A stretch of 64,000 nt of DNA, taken from a virus (lineage: Duplodnaviria > Heunggongvirae > Uroviricota > Caudoviricetes). Position numbers and translations under genes: made by a program. This document shows positions 49,393-57,423 of the stretch, piece by piece (position 1 is the first letter of the stretch; each line of letters begins with the position of its first letter). The notes below the pieces were generated by a model. That model did no database searches. It was not told the DNA's origin and was given only the letters and a program-made list of their open reading frames with translations. The stretch lies in IMG/VR virus record IMGVR_UViG_2870083564_000004, positions 34,943-98,942 of that record. One strand, 5' to 3'.

Positions 49393-49629
49393 ATGGAAGT
49401 TCCAAACCACGAACTCGAAATTCTTGCTAACCGCGTCCTCATTCAAACGATCATTGCGGCACTCGAAGTGGCGCATCCCGGCTCCGAGGCAACGATCAAA
49501 CGGCTAATTGAGAAATTCACTCAGGTCGACGGCCTAGACCTATTGAGCGAAAAGATTGCCGAGATTGCTTTGCGGGTCGTCTCTAACGAGCCCGAGAAAC
49601 CAACTCTGACGCTCGTAAAGTCCGACTAA
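49393..49629 (+). CDS. hypothetical protein
   Basis: 78-aa ORF with lower GC, antisense to the cro-to-cII transcription direction. Confidence 0.25.
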   Translation: MEVPNHELEILANRVLIQTIIAALEVAHPGSEATIKRLIEKFTQVDGLDLLSEKIAEIALRVVSNEPEKPTLTLVKSD

Positions 49630-49790
49630 GCTTTTTGGTCAATGCGGCGATGTCCGGCTCGCGTTCCGCACGATGTGCTTCGATCGCCGGCCGGATCAGC
49701 CACAGGACGAAACGCGCGTACATGCGCTTCATGAAATCTCCTTTTGTTGAGCACTCGCCATCTGATTGCCATCCATAGGATATCGTTAAC

Positions 49791-50120
49791 TTGAATAAGA
49801 TAAAACCGGCACCGCTCACGCAGCACGACCTCGATCACCACCGCCTCAGAATCCAGGTCCTCGCCCTACAGCAAATCGTCTTGCGATTACTCGTCCAACG
49901 ATCGTTCGAGGAAGTCGACGGCGATCCGAAGGAAACGCGCGAGCTCGCGCCCTTGCGCCTACGTGAAGCGCTTCAAGGGCTAGAGCCGGAACCCGGTACC
50001 TCGGAATGGCATCCAGCCGAAGCGGCCGCGTTCGACGACGAACACCGCGAAGTGCTTGCCGACCTGCACAAGCACCTTGAGGTCGTGCTCGCCGACCTGA
50101 TTCCGACGGAAGAAGACTGA
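49791..50120 (+). CDS. hypothetical protein
   Basis: 109 aa, acidic, convergent with the Cro-like gene. Confidence 0.3.
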   Translation: MNKIKPAPLTQHDLDHHRLRIQVLALQQIVLRLLVQRSFEEVDGDPKETRELAPLRLREALQGLEPEPGTSEWHPAEAAAFDDEHREVLADLHKHLEVVLADLIPTEED

Positions 50121-50126
50121 GCGGCA

Positions 50127-50369
50127 TCACGCCGTTGTCTCCTTCTGTTGGGTGAGTTCCGGCCAGATCAGGTGCCAATCCTTTGGCCGTAGATCGCGCC
50201 GGGTTACGTCACCACTCGTGAGCCGTTCAATCGCGACGCAATGACGAACAGGCACCCCGAGTCGCTTCCATTGGCTGACCGCAGCCTTCGTCACGCCGAG
50301 GCAGGTAGCTAATGCAGCGGCCGAGCCAGCAATGGCCGCAGCGCGGGCGATGGGTGAGGTTTTGTCCAT
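50127..50369 (-). CDS. Cro-like HTH regulator (YdaS/Cro family)
   Basis: 80 aa (LGVTKAAVSQWKRLG); divergent from the CI-like gene across an 81-bp AT-rich gap. Confidence 0.55.
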   Translation of the reverse strand: MDKTSPIARAAAIAGSAAALATCLGVTKAAVSQWKRLGVPVRHCVAIERLTSGDVTRRDLRPKDWHLIWPELTQQKETTA

Positions 50370-50450
50370 GGTGAAAGTATAGAAATTTTAAACACCAGAA
50401 GTCAAGCAATACAACACCCAACTAGTTAAGGTTTTCTTTACTCTCTAACC

Positions 50451-50840
50451 ATGAACCTTGCGCAGTGGCTAAAAATTTCCCGGGAAAAAGCGGGACTCAC
50501 CCTCGAAGAGATCGGCGACGTCGTTAGCCGATCAAAGGGGGCAATTTCTCAGTGGGAAAACGGGAAGACAGAGCCGAGCTATTGGCAGGTGTTGGCCATC
50601 TATGAGCGGACCAATCGTGCCGTCGATCTGCCGACTCTTGCTGACGCGCCGGTCGAAGTGGGATTGAGCATCAGCGATGCATGGCTCGCCAAGCTCAGCC
50701 CGAGCGCACGATCTCTGATCGACGCAGTCGCCGTGGCAGACCAAAGAAGCGTATCCCCGGCCGCCCTCGAAGCAATCGCAACTTTGCTTAAATCAATTCC
50801 CGGGGGAGATCCCGAGGACGGTGAACAGCTGCGTCTGTAG
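50451..50840 (+). CDS. CI-like repressor, XRE HTH, no S24 peptidase domain
   Basis: LTLEEIGDVVSRSKGAISQWENGK HTH; 129 aa. No Ser/Lys autocleavage motifs are present. Confidence 0.65.
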   Translation: MNLAQWLKISREKAGLTLEEIGDVVSRSKGAISQWENGKTEPSYWQVLAIYERTNRAVDLPTLADAPVEVGLSISDAWLAKLSPSARSLIDAVAVADQRSVSPAALEAIATLLKSIPGGDPEDGEQLRL

Positions 50841-51129
50841 ACTCGCGTGAGTCGACCATCGAGCCATGAATCGGCTCAAGCTGAGCGTCGTCTGCCAGCA
50901 TATTGTTACCGATTCCCAATCGGCGCCTATTTTTTGTGAGTGTGATCCCGGGCTCGCCAAGAAGGGTTATCGTCCATTCTGTGGACTTGTGAATCCTGCC
51001 AACCAGTACGATACGCCCCACTAGGGCTGGGTTCCACGCAGAAACCACCCTTGCCAGATCCCCCGGCCTGCAGCGCAGGCGCGCCGTCGATTCTTTGTTC
51101 ATTACCGCCCTCTTTATTATTTTCGCCAC
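50788..51129 (-). CDS. hypothetical protein (convergently overlaps the 3' end of the CI-like gene)
   Basis: Composition looks coding (not Arg-rich), but the overlap makes it uncertain. Confidence 0.25.
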   Translation of the reverse strand: MAKIIKRAVMNKESTARLRCRPGDLARVVSAWNPALVGRIVLVGRIHKSTEWTITLLGEPGITLTKNRRRLGIGNNMLADDAQLEPIHGSMVDSRESTDAAVHRPRDLPRELI

Positions 51130-51132
51130 AAA

Positions 51133-51150
51133 ACTGTATGAATATACAGT
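51133..51150. promoter_or_regulatory. LexA/SOS box aCTGTATGAATATACAGt (18/20 to the E. coli consensus)
   Basis: CTGT-N8-ACAG with complementary flanks, sitting at the left edge of the AT-rich island. TATAAT is about 45 bp downstream. Confidence 0.55.
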
Positions 51151-51217
51151 ATTCTGCCAAGGTCAAAGTGGCCTATCAATGACAATTCTGACAGGATATA
51201 ATGGGGCCATATCAAAG

Positions 51218-51367
51218 ATGAATCATCATCACCAAGGGAAATCTATCCCCATTGATGCGCATCACCAATATAGGGCATGGATACAATTTGTCAGTCATGT
51301 CACCCGTGCAGCCGAACAAACTAAGCGCGCAAAAGATGCGGTCGGCATGCGCCAAGAGCGCTATTGA
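51218..51367 (+). CDS. small His-rich ORF (MNHHHQGK...), candidate antirepressor-like peptide
   Basis: 49 codons between the SOS box and the 301-aa gene, with a weak RBS. Confidence 0.2.
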   Translation: MNHHHQGKSIPIDAHHQYRAWIQFVSHVTRAAEQTKRAKDAVGMRQERY

Positions 51368-51400
51368 GAACTACAACCACAATCCGGGGGATGTAAACTG

Positions 51401-52306
51401 ATGGACATGAGTGAATTTCGCATTACCTACGACGGGCCAGCCCTCGAGACGTCTGAAATGGACGTCCGCGAACTCGCGCCCGCTCTCATTGCAATTGGCG
51501 ACCTGCTGGAAGCGGCCACCAAGTCCCTTTGTGGCGACCAAGTCAAATCACAGGTAAATGTCCGTGGCAGTTTCAAGACTGGAAGTTTCGGTATCGACTT
51601 CAATCTCGTCACATCATTTGTCAGCAGGATGCGAGAGCTATTTGCCGGAAACGAGGCAACGGCGATCGCAAACGCACTAGCTATTCTCGGAGCAATCGGG
51701 TTTGCAGCGGAAAAGGGCGGTCGCGGCCTCTTTTCAGTTTTAAAGTGGCTACGCGGTCGCCCCATTGAGCGCGTCCAGGTTCAAGACAATAGTGCAATCC
51801 TGTATGTAGAAGGTGACATGCTTGAGATCGAACTCAGCGTGCTCACCCTACTACGCGACGTATCCGTACGCGAGGCAACGGCCCGCGTGCTGTCTCCGCT
51901 TTCCAGAGAAGGCATTATGATCTTCTCCGCCGGCTCGGACTCCGACATTGTGGAAACCGTTACAGACGATGAGATCGGTTGGTTTCATGCGCCCGAGCAG
52001 CAGGATATTCTGCTTGTTGATGAAACTCGCAAGATGGCCTTCTCAATCGTCTCTCTGGCATTCAAAGATGACAATAAGTGGCGCCTGTACGACGGTGCGG
52101 CAACGATTCATGCGTCAATCACCGATGCCGACTTTCTCAAACGTGTTGACAGCAATCAAATCAGCTTTGCAAAAGGAGACGTTCTGGTCTGTAGCGTCCG
52201 CGTCAAGCAATGGCAAACACCATCTGGTGCAAAAACAGATTACGAAGTGACTGAAGTTCTCGAACATCGCACAGCTGCCCGGCAGATCCAGCTTCCAGGC
52301 CTCTAA
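51401..52306 (+). CDS. hypothetical 301-aa protein (AT-rich island gene 1)
   Basis: Clean ORF with GGGGGA RBS; one internal hydrophobic segment; no motif I recognise. Followed by an intrinsic terminator. Confidence 0.5.
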   Translation: MDMSEFRITYDGPALETSEMDVRELAPALIAIGDLLEAATKSLCGDQVKSQVNVRGSFKTGSFGIDFNLVTSFVSRMRELFAGNEATAIANALAILGAIGFAAEKGGRGLFSVLKWLRGRPIERVQVQDNSAILYVEGDMLEIELSVLTLLRDVSVREATARVLSPLSREGIMIFSAGSDSDIVETVTDDEIGWFHAPEQQDILLVDETRKMAFSIVSLAFKDDNKWRLYDGAATIHASITDADFLKRVDSNQISFAKGDVLVCSVRVKQWQTPSGAKTDYEVTEVLEHRTAARQIQLPGL

Positions 52307-52308
52307 TT

Positions 52309-52336
52309 GCCCCGCCCCGCGCGGGGCTTTTCATTG
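52309..52336 (+). terminator. intrinsic terminator
   Basis: GCCCCGC-GCGGGGC followed by TTTTCATT. Confidence 0.5.
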
Positions 52337-52604
52337 CCGGCCCCGCTCGAACGTCTCCCTCCAGAACGTTGCACCCACTGACGTCAGCAGCGCACTCTCG
52401 TCGTCTCAGGCGGCGCCACGCCTCCGATAGCCAGTTGTCAAATCCAGCGCGGCCATCGTCCGGTCGGCGGACGCCCTTCCCTCAACATTCGACCACTCGA
52501 AGATCGTGATCACTCCGTGTGACGTCATGGTTGGCGCTCCCCCTGTTGATTTCAACTTACACAAAGCTGCGCAGAACATTTCATATTGATAAAATTGATA
52601 TGCC

Positions 52605-53234
52605 ATGCGTGATACGGTACTGCAATGTCAGCATGGGCAAACCGCCACGGAGCAGATATTGTTAAGAAACTTAAAATTTACATTACTCACAATTTCATCA
52701 ATTATATTAATAATCATACTGCTTGGAGTATACAAAACAGCAAGAATTTCCCAGGAGAGACGAACGGAACGCAGCTTGATCCAAGTTTCCCTGCTTTTGG
52801 AGGCATCGCTCAAATCGGATCGAACAAAGAAACCGGAGGACTACGCGAGATTTGGCGACTTGAGACCTATGAACCATGTCCAAGAAGAACATTCAGACGG
52901 ACCATTCTCGCCCTTCGAAAGCAGAGAATTAGCAGATATTGCAAATATCTACAAGGAAAGTGTGACGCGCATCGTCGAGCTCATAGACAAGAAAAGCACA
53001 CTCGAAAGCCAAATTCGCGACGCTCGCTGGTATAAATCGGATGACTGGTATCAAAAAATTGAAGATGCGCGCCATGAGCTTGCATCTTTATCAATCGATT
53101 TAATTAGATCATTGCGAGATGCCCGATCGGCAGGCCTCGATGCTAGCAAGCACCTAAATGAATTCTATTTCCCTGCTACCGAAATAGACCTTGGCATCAT
53201 TCGCTACAGTTCCCTGACCTATTCCACAGAGTAA
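52605..53234 (+). CDS. single-pass membrane protein with coiled coil (AT-rich island gene 2)
   Basis: N-terminal TM (FTLLTISSIILIIILLGVY), then a charged helical region. About 38% GC. Confidence 0.45.
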   Translation: MRDTVLQCQHGQTATEQILLRNLKFTLLTISSIILIIILLGVYKTARISQERRTERSLIQVSLLLEASLKSDRTKKPEDYARFGDLRPMNHVQEEHSDGPFSPFESRELADIANIYKESVTRIVELIDKKSTLESQIRDARWYKSDDWYQKIEDARHELASLSIDLIRSLRDARSAGLDASKHLNEFYFPATEIDLGIIRYSSLTYSTE

Positions 53235-53341
53235 GGACCTTCCGCGCGAATGCGCGCCACCCCGCGGCTGGAGCCTCCCTGAGAAGGGGGTTCCCCGCGA
53301 AATAATCGGGCTTGCCCGCCCTCCCCGCCGATCCGAAGAAT

Positions 53342-53368
53342 CAGCCCGCTTCCCCGCGGGCTTTTTTG
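53342..53368 (+). terminator. intrinsic terminator
   Basis: CAGCCCGC-ttcc-GCGGGCT followed by TTTTTTG. Confidence 0.55.
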
Positions 53369-53465
53369 CGTCCGTTCGACGTGGCGGACATCCCTCCTCT
53401 GTCTATGTGTACGGCGCGTCCATCCCGAGGTTACGAATTTCTATACTGGGCAAGTATATCTTTGC

Positions 53466-53495
53466 TTGACTTTTGATGTTCAGCTTTTCTATACT
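53466..53495 (+). promoter_or_regulatory. near-consensus sigma-70 promoter TTGACT-N18-TATACT
   Basis: Lies in an AT-rich tract with no ORF downstream for about 650 bp. Confidence 0.5.
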
Positions 53496-53502
53496 TTATC
53501 TC

Positions 53503-54170
53503 ACCGCAGCACGGATCGCTGCGCCACCGCTCCGGCGGATCGATCTTTAACAACCTAAGGTAAGCCGGGACCGCAGTATTGGGAGCAACCGGCCGGGGCG
53601 ATCTAGCCTCGTGAATCAGGGCAGACGAACCGCGCTAGGCCGATGTTGGCTACCGGACAGAAATCTGAATGAACCTGATACAAGACAGCCACTAGAAAAG
53701 CGCCCGATGGCTTTGTAATCGGCGCAAACCTCGCGCGCCCCGGAGCCGGCACGGCCGGATGTAGCCGGGCGCGCGAGTGGAAGCAGATTCATGGAGCCGG
53801 AATGCGCAGGCTGATGCGCGACCAGCATAGTCGCTGGAATCCCAAAGCCGGAGATCAGCGCCGGCCCGGCTCCATGAATCTGTTTCGGAATTGCGCCCGG
53901 GTAGATGGACAGCCAACTCCATCGGTGAGCGCGACTCGCCAGCCCTGCGAGTGATAAACGAAGTGGGCCGGGTGCCGTGAGTTGGGCGATGGCAAGCTAC
54001 CCGACGGCCGCGCAGACGGTCACATGCCAAAGTGACGCCGGATGACGTAACCGGCACCTCCGACTGCGCTGATCGAATGGCATTGATCTCTCAGTGCCGT
54101 TCCTTGAGCGTTGTATTGATTTCGGATTACTAAATTATGAAGAGAAACAGCGCAATCGCGAATCTTCAAA
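53503..54170 (+). ncRNA. candidate structured non-coding RNA (unknown class)
   Basis: No + strand ORF of 60 aa or more over about 850 bp. Begins after a consensus promoter. GC-rich core with long-range inverted repeats (CAGATTCATGGAGCCGG ... CCGGCTCCATGAATCTG). The only - strand ORFs are Arg-rich artefacts. Confidence 0.3.
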
Positions 54171-54180
54171 AGGAGATCCA

Positions 54181-54408
54181 GTGGAATCGAATCGGAAGAT
54201 CCCAACCGTGTCGGTCGAGTGGTTGGAGAACGCGGCAGCTGATCTCGAGGTGAGCGCAAACGCGAGCCGCGAGACTTGGGCCCTGCTCGGCCTATCCCAT
54301 CGGTACAGCGAGAACATCGGCCGCGCTCACGCTATGCGACACGCGGCGCGCATGAAGCTCGACTACGACCGACGCATGTTCCTGCGTACGGTCGGGCTCA
54401 AGGTCTAG
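54181..54408 (+). CDS. small protein (75 aa)
   Basis: GTG start 5 nt after a perfect AAGGAG. The same frame is open from 54094 (GTG, no SD). Confidence 0.3.
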   Translation: MESNRKIPTVSVEWLENAAADLEVSANASRETWALLGLSHRYSENIGRAHAMRHAARMKLDYDRRMFLRTVGLKV

Positions 54409-54913
54409 GAATTCGATCATGAGCCAACCCGCAAAGAACCTGCTCGAGCTGCGCCGCATGCCTCGCGGCGCGCTCGTCGAACACCTGCTGCGCGAGATCG
54501 CGCTGAATCTGATCGCCCCCGGCGTCGCCGCAGCAACGGTCTAGTTACTCAACTGCCTCGACGGCAACTCGACATCATCCAACGAGGATTGATCATGGAG
54601 CAATCACGCATCAGGGAGTATGTGAAAGGCTGGAACGACGCAGCTCTCGGCCGCGAGCCGCGGTCGAAGACGATTGGCTATCGGCTTGGCTATGCGGATG
54701 CACGCAGAGGCTGACGTTGGCCACAGTCAAGATCTGGATCAAAGCAGCCGCAGCGGTAATCATCTTCCTAGTTTGGAATGCTTACGATGATCATCGCGAT
54801 CAGCAACTACAGCGAGCATCGTTTCGGCGGGTAGCCTGATGTATTACCGATGAATCGCCGCATGGCTTGCCGAGCACGCGGCCACTCGAAACAGCCGAGA
54901 GCAGATTGGTCGA

Positions 54914-55192
54914 TTACCTGCCGGCAGCCTTCTTTACCGCGGCCTTCTTTACTGCGGCCTTTTTTACTGCTCGTTTTCTCGTCGGAGCATGTCCGTTCAT
55001 ATAGTCAATGAACGCCTGAAGACTCATCTTTACGCCGTTTCTGCGCTTCGTCTTCCCTGCACACCAGATGACGGATGATTTGGTGACAATCAGATCTCCG
55101 AGAAAATTATCGGTGTTATTGCGAATCTCAAGCTCAATACCATTGTTCTTGAGTTCAATCTCAGCAGAGAGATCCTTCACTTTAACTTTCAT
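54914..55192 (-). CDS. small protein with Lys/Ala-rich histone-H1-like tail (possible nucleoid-associated/DNA-binding)
   Basis: C-terminus KRAVKKAAVKKAAVKKAAGR; AT-rich gene. Confidence 0.4.
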   Translation of the reverse strand: MKVKVKDLSAEIELKNNGIELEIRNNTDNFLGDLIVTKSSVIWCAGKTKRRNGVKMSLQAFIDYMNGHAPTRKRAVKKAAVKKAAVKKAAGR

Positions 55193-55400
55193 TTTCGCCC
55201 CCGGATCTTACTTATTCGCCACATGGCGCTTCGAATCATAGTGCACCCGCACACTATAACAATAGGTTTTCTACTTACCCTGTAGCCACGCAAATTCCGG
55301 TGTTCCGGGCGCGTGGCTTTTTTGTGGCAGTCGCAAGCCACACGCCGTAGTTCCCCGCTCGCCGCGCGCGGGTTCTCCTCTCGGATAAGCGCGGCCTTTC

Positions 55401-55436
55401 GGCGGGGCGGCCCGTATGTGCGCCCCGCCGTTTTTT
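55401..55436 (+). terminator. intrinsic terminator
   Basis: GGCGGGGCGG-loop-CGCCCCGCC followed by GTTTTTT. A second hairpin/T6 lies at about 55283-55320. Confidence 0.5.
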
Positions 55437-55628
55437 ACCGGAGATACCCATCAAAACCGCTTCGAAATTCGTTGTCGCGGCCGTGCTGTTTCTGGTGCTG
55501 CTGTCGATCGTGACTCCATGGCTGGTGAATCAGGACAGCAGCATCACCCTGCTCGCCGTGCCGTTCGCGTGGCTGGCGTATGCCGCCGCTTTCGTGAAAT
55601 TTCTTCCCCCTCATATCAAGGAGAACAA

Positions 55629-56441
55629 GTGAAACGCCTGCTTCTGATTTTGCTACTCGCGCCCGTGATGTTCCTCGTGACCGGTTGCGACAACGTCCCT
55701 GCCGGCTATGTCGGCGTGAAGGTGCAACGCTACGGCGACGACCGCGGCGTCAACGTCGAGGTGAAGGGTCCCGGTCGCTACTTCAACGGGCCGAACGTCG
55801 ACATATTCCTGTTCCCGACGTTCACGCAGTCCTACGTGTGGGACAAGGCGGGCAAGTCCGACGAGTCGTTCACCTTCCAGACGATTGAAGGTCTGTCGGT
55901 CAACACCGACATCGGCGTCAGCTACGCGATCCCCCGAGAGAACGCCCCGAAGGTGTTCCAGAAGTACCGACGCGGCGTCGACGAAATCACGGGCGTCTAT
56001 CTGCGCGCGATCGTGCGCGACGCATTGAATCTCGCCGGCGCATCGATGGCTGTCGAGGACGTCTACGGCAAGGGCAAGGCGGCACTACAGCAGCGCGTCG
56101 AGGACGAGGTCAAGGCAAACGCCGCGAAGGTCGGGATCAGCGTCGAGAAGGTCTACTTCGTGAACCAGATGCGCCTCCCCGAACAAGTCATGAACTCGAT
56201 CAACGGGAAGATCGCCGCGACGCAGATCGCGCAGCAGAAAGAGAACGAACTGCGCGCCGCCGAGGCCGACGCGGCGAAGCAGGTCGCGATCGCCAAGGGC
56301 GAGGCCGAAGCGCTGGAGGTGAAAGCAAAAGCACTGCGCGAGAACGGCCAGATCCTGCAACAGATGGCGATCGAAAAGTGGGACGGCAAGCTTCCCCAGT
56401 ACATGGGCGCGAACAGCGTCCCGTTCGTCCAGATCAAGTAA
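55629..56441 (+). CDS. SPFH/band-7 domain lipoprotein
   Basis: GTG start after AAGGAG; lipobox LVTGC; prohibitin-like core with C-terminal coiled coil. The track ORF starts upstream at 55416. Confidence 0.7.
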   Translation: MKRLLLILLLAPVMFLVTGCDNVPAGYVGVKVQRYGDDRGVNVEVKGPGRYFNGPNVDIFLFPTFTQSYVWDKAGKSDESFTFQTIEGLSVNTDIGVSYAIPRENAPKVFQKYRRGVDEITGVYLRAIVRDALNLAGASMAVEDVYGKGKAALQQRVEDEVKANAAKVGISVEKVYFVNQMRLPEQVMNSINGKIAATQIAQQKENELRAAEADAAKQVAIAKGEAEALEVKAKALRENGQILQQMAIEKWDGKLPQYMGANSVPFVQIK

Positions 56442-56701
56442 CGAAGTTCTGAGCCTGCGCCCGGGCTCTCCCCCTCGGATATGGGCGGCCTTTAAGGGTG
56501 GCCAGTTCGGCACCCTCTTTTTCCCCGCGGAGATTCAAGAGCGGACGCTCGGCGGTGGCGGTTGGGCTCCGTCACTCCGTTCACTCCATGCAACGCTGCC
56601 TTATGCGAGCGCTGAGTGTCCGCCCTTGAACCCCCGCTTTGCTGGCGCCTGTATGGGCCAGCATCTTTTCGAATTCCAATGATGCGCATGAGGGCCAAGC
56701 C

Positions 56702-57409
56702 ATGAAAGAACTGCAACAAGTCGTTTCCACTGCCTTCGCGAACATCGTCGCGGCCGGCGCGATCGAGAAAGCGATCGAAGAAAAGTTGGCGAAGACGATC
56801 ACCTCGGTCATCGACGAGGAACTCCGCCCGTACTCGACATTCGGTGAGCAGTTGAAGGAACACGTCAAAACCGCGCTGCAAGTCGATTTTCATAACCTCG
56901 GGCTGCCCGGATATAACGACCTCATTCTCAAGATCGTTCGGCAACAGGTTGACGCGCAATTGAACGCAACGATCACAACGCAGATCGAGCAGCAGATGAA
57001 GGAACTGCTCGCGCCCGCTCCGGCCGAGATCAAGCTTTCGCAACTCGTCGAGGAGTTCATCAAGGACGAGCACACCGACCGGCAATACCGCTCGTGCTCT
57101 TGCGACGAGTCGGATCGCATCACGCTGATTGTTCGCGAAGCGAGCATCATCAGTTCGGAGTTCTACCACATCTACTTGGACAAGGAGCACGGCACCGAAT
57201 ACTACAAGTGCCCGTATCAGATCGACATCCACGACGGCCGCGTATACAGCGTGCAGATCGATCAAAAAGACCCGAGCAAGGCACTCTTCGTCGGCCCCAT
57301 GCATGGCTTCAAGCGCCGCCTGTTCCAGCTCTACGCCGCCGGCACGAAGCTGATCATCGACGGTGACGAGAACAGCATCAATACCTACTACCCGGGTCGT
57401 GACTACTGA
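56702..57409 (+). CDS. hypothetical protein
   Basis: 235 aa, internal start MKELQQ after GAGGG; follows the SPFH gene. Confidence 0.45.
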   Translation: MKELQQVVSTAFANIVAAGAIEKAIEEKLAKTITSVIDEELRPYSTFGEQLKEHVKTALQVDFHNLGLPGYNDLILKIVRQQVDAQLNATITTQIEQQMKELLAPAPAEIKLSQLVEEFIKDEHTDRQYRSCSCDESDRITLIVREASIISSEFYHIYLDKEHGTEYYKCPYQIDIHDGRVYSVQIDQKDPSKALFVGPMHGFKRRLFQLYAAGTKLIIDGDENSINTYYPGRDY

Positions 57410-57423
57410 ACCGCGAGGCGGAC

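Noticed and set aside
51095-51217. 5' part of track ORF 51095-51367, a hydrophobic N-terminus spanning the LexA box
   Set aside because: It would place the SOS box inside coding sequence with no RBS; more likely non-coding promoter/operator DNA, with at most the short His-rich 3' portion translated.
53692-54057. 121-aa and 70-aa - strand ORFs inside the ORF-free tract
   Set aside because: Arg-rich composition created by the local GC-rich core; no start context; treated as part of the putative ncRNA region.
53400-54100. Retron msr-msd, CRISPR array or type III toxin RNA
   Set aside because: No reverse transcriptase, cas genes or ToxN-like ORF nearby; no tandem direct repeats, only inverted repeats.
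55416-55628. Upstream extension of the SPFH ORF to an ATG at 55416
   Set aside because: The extension runs through a strong intrinsic terminator and has no RBS, whereas GTG at 55629 has a perfect AAGGAG and begins a lipoprotein signal peptide.
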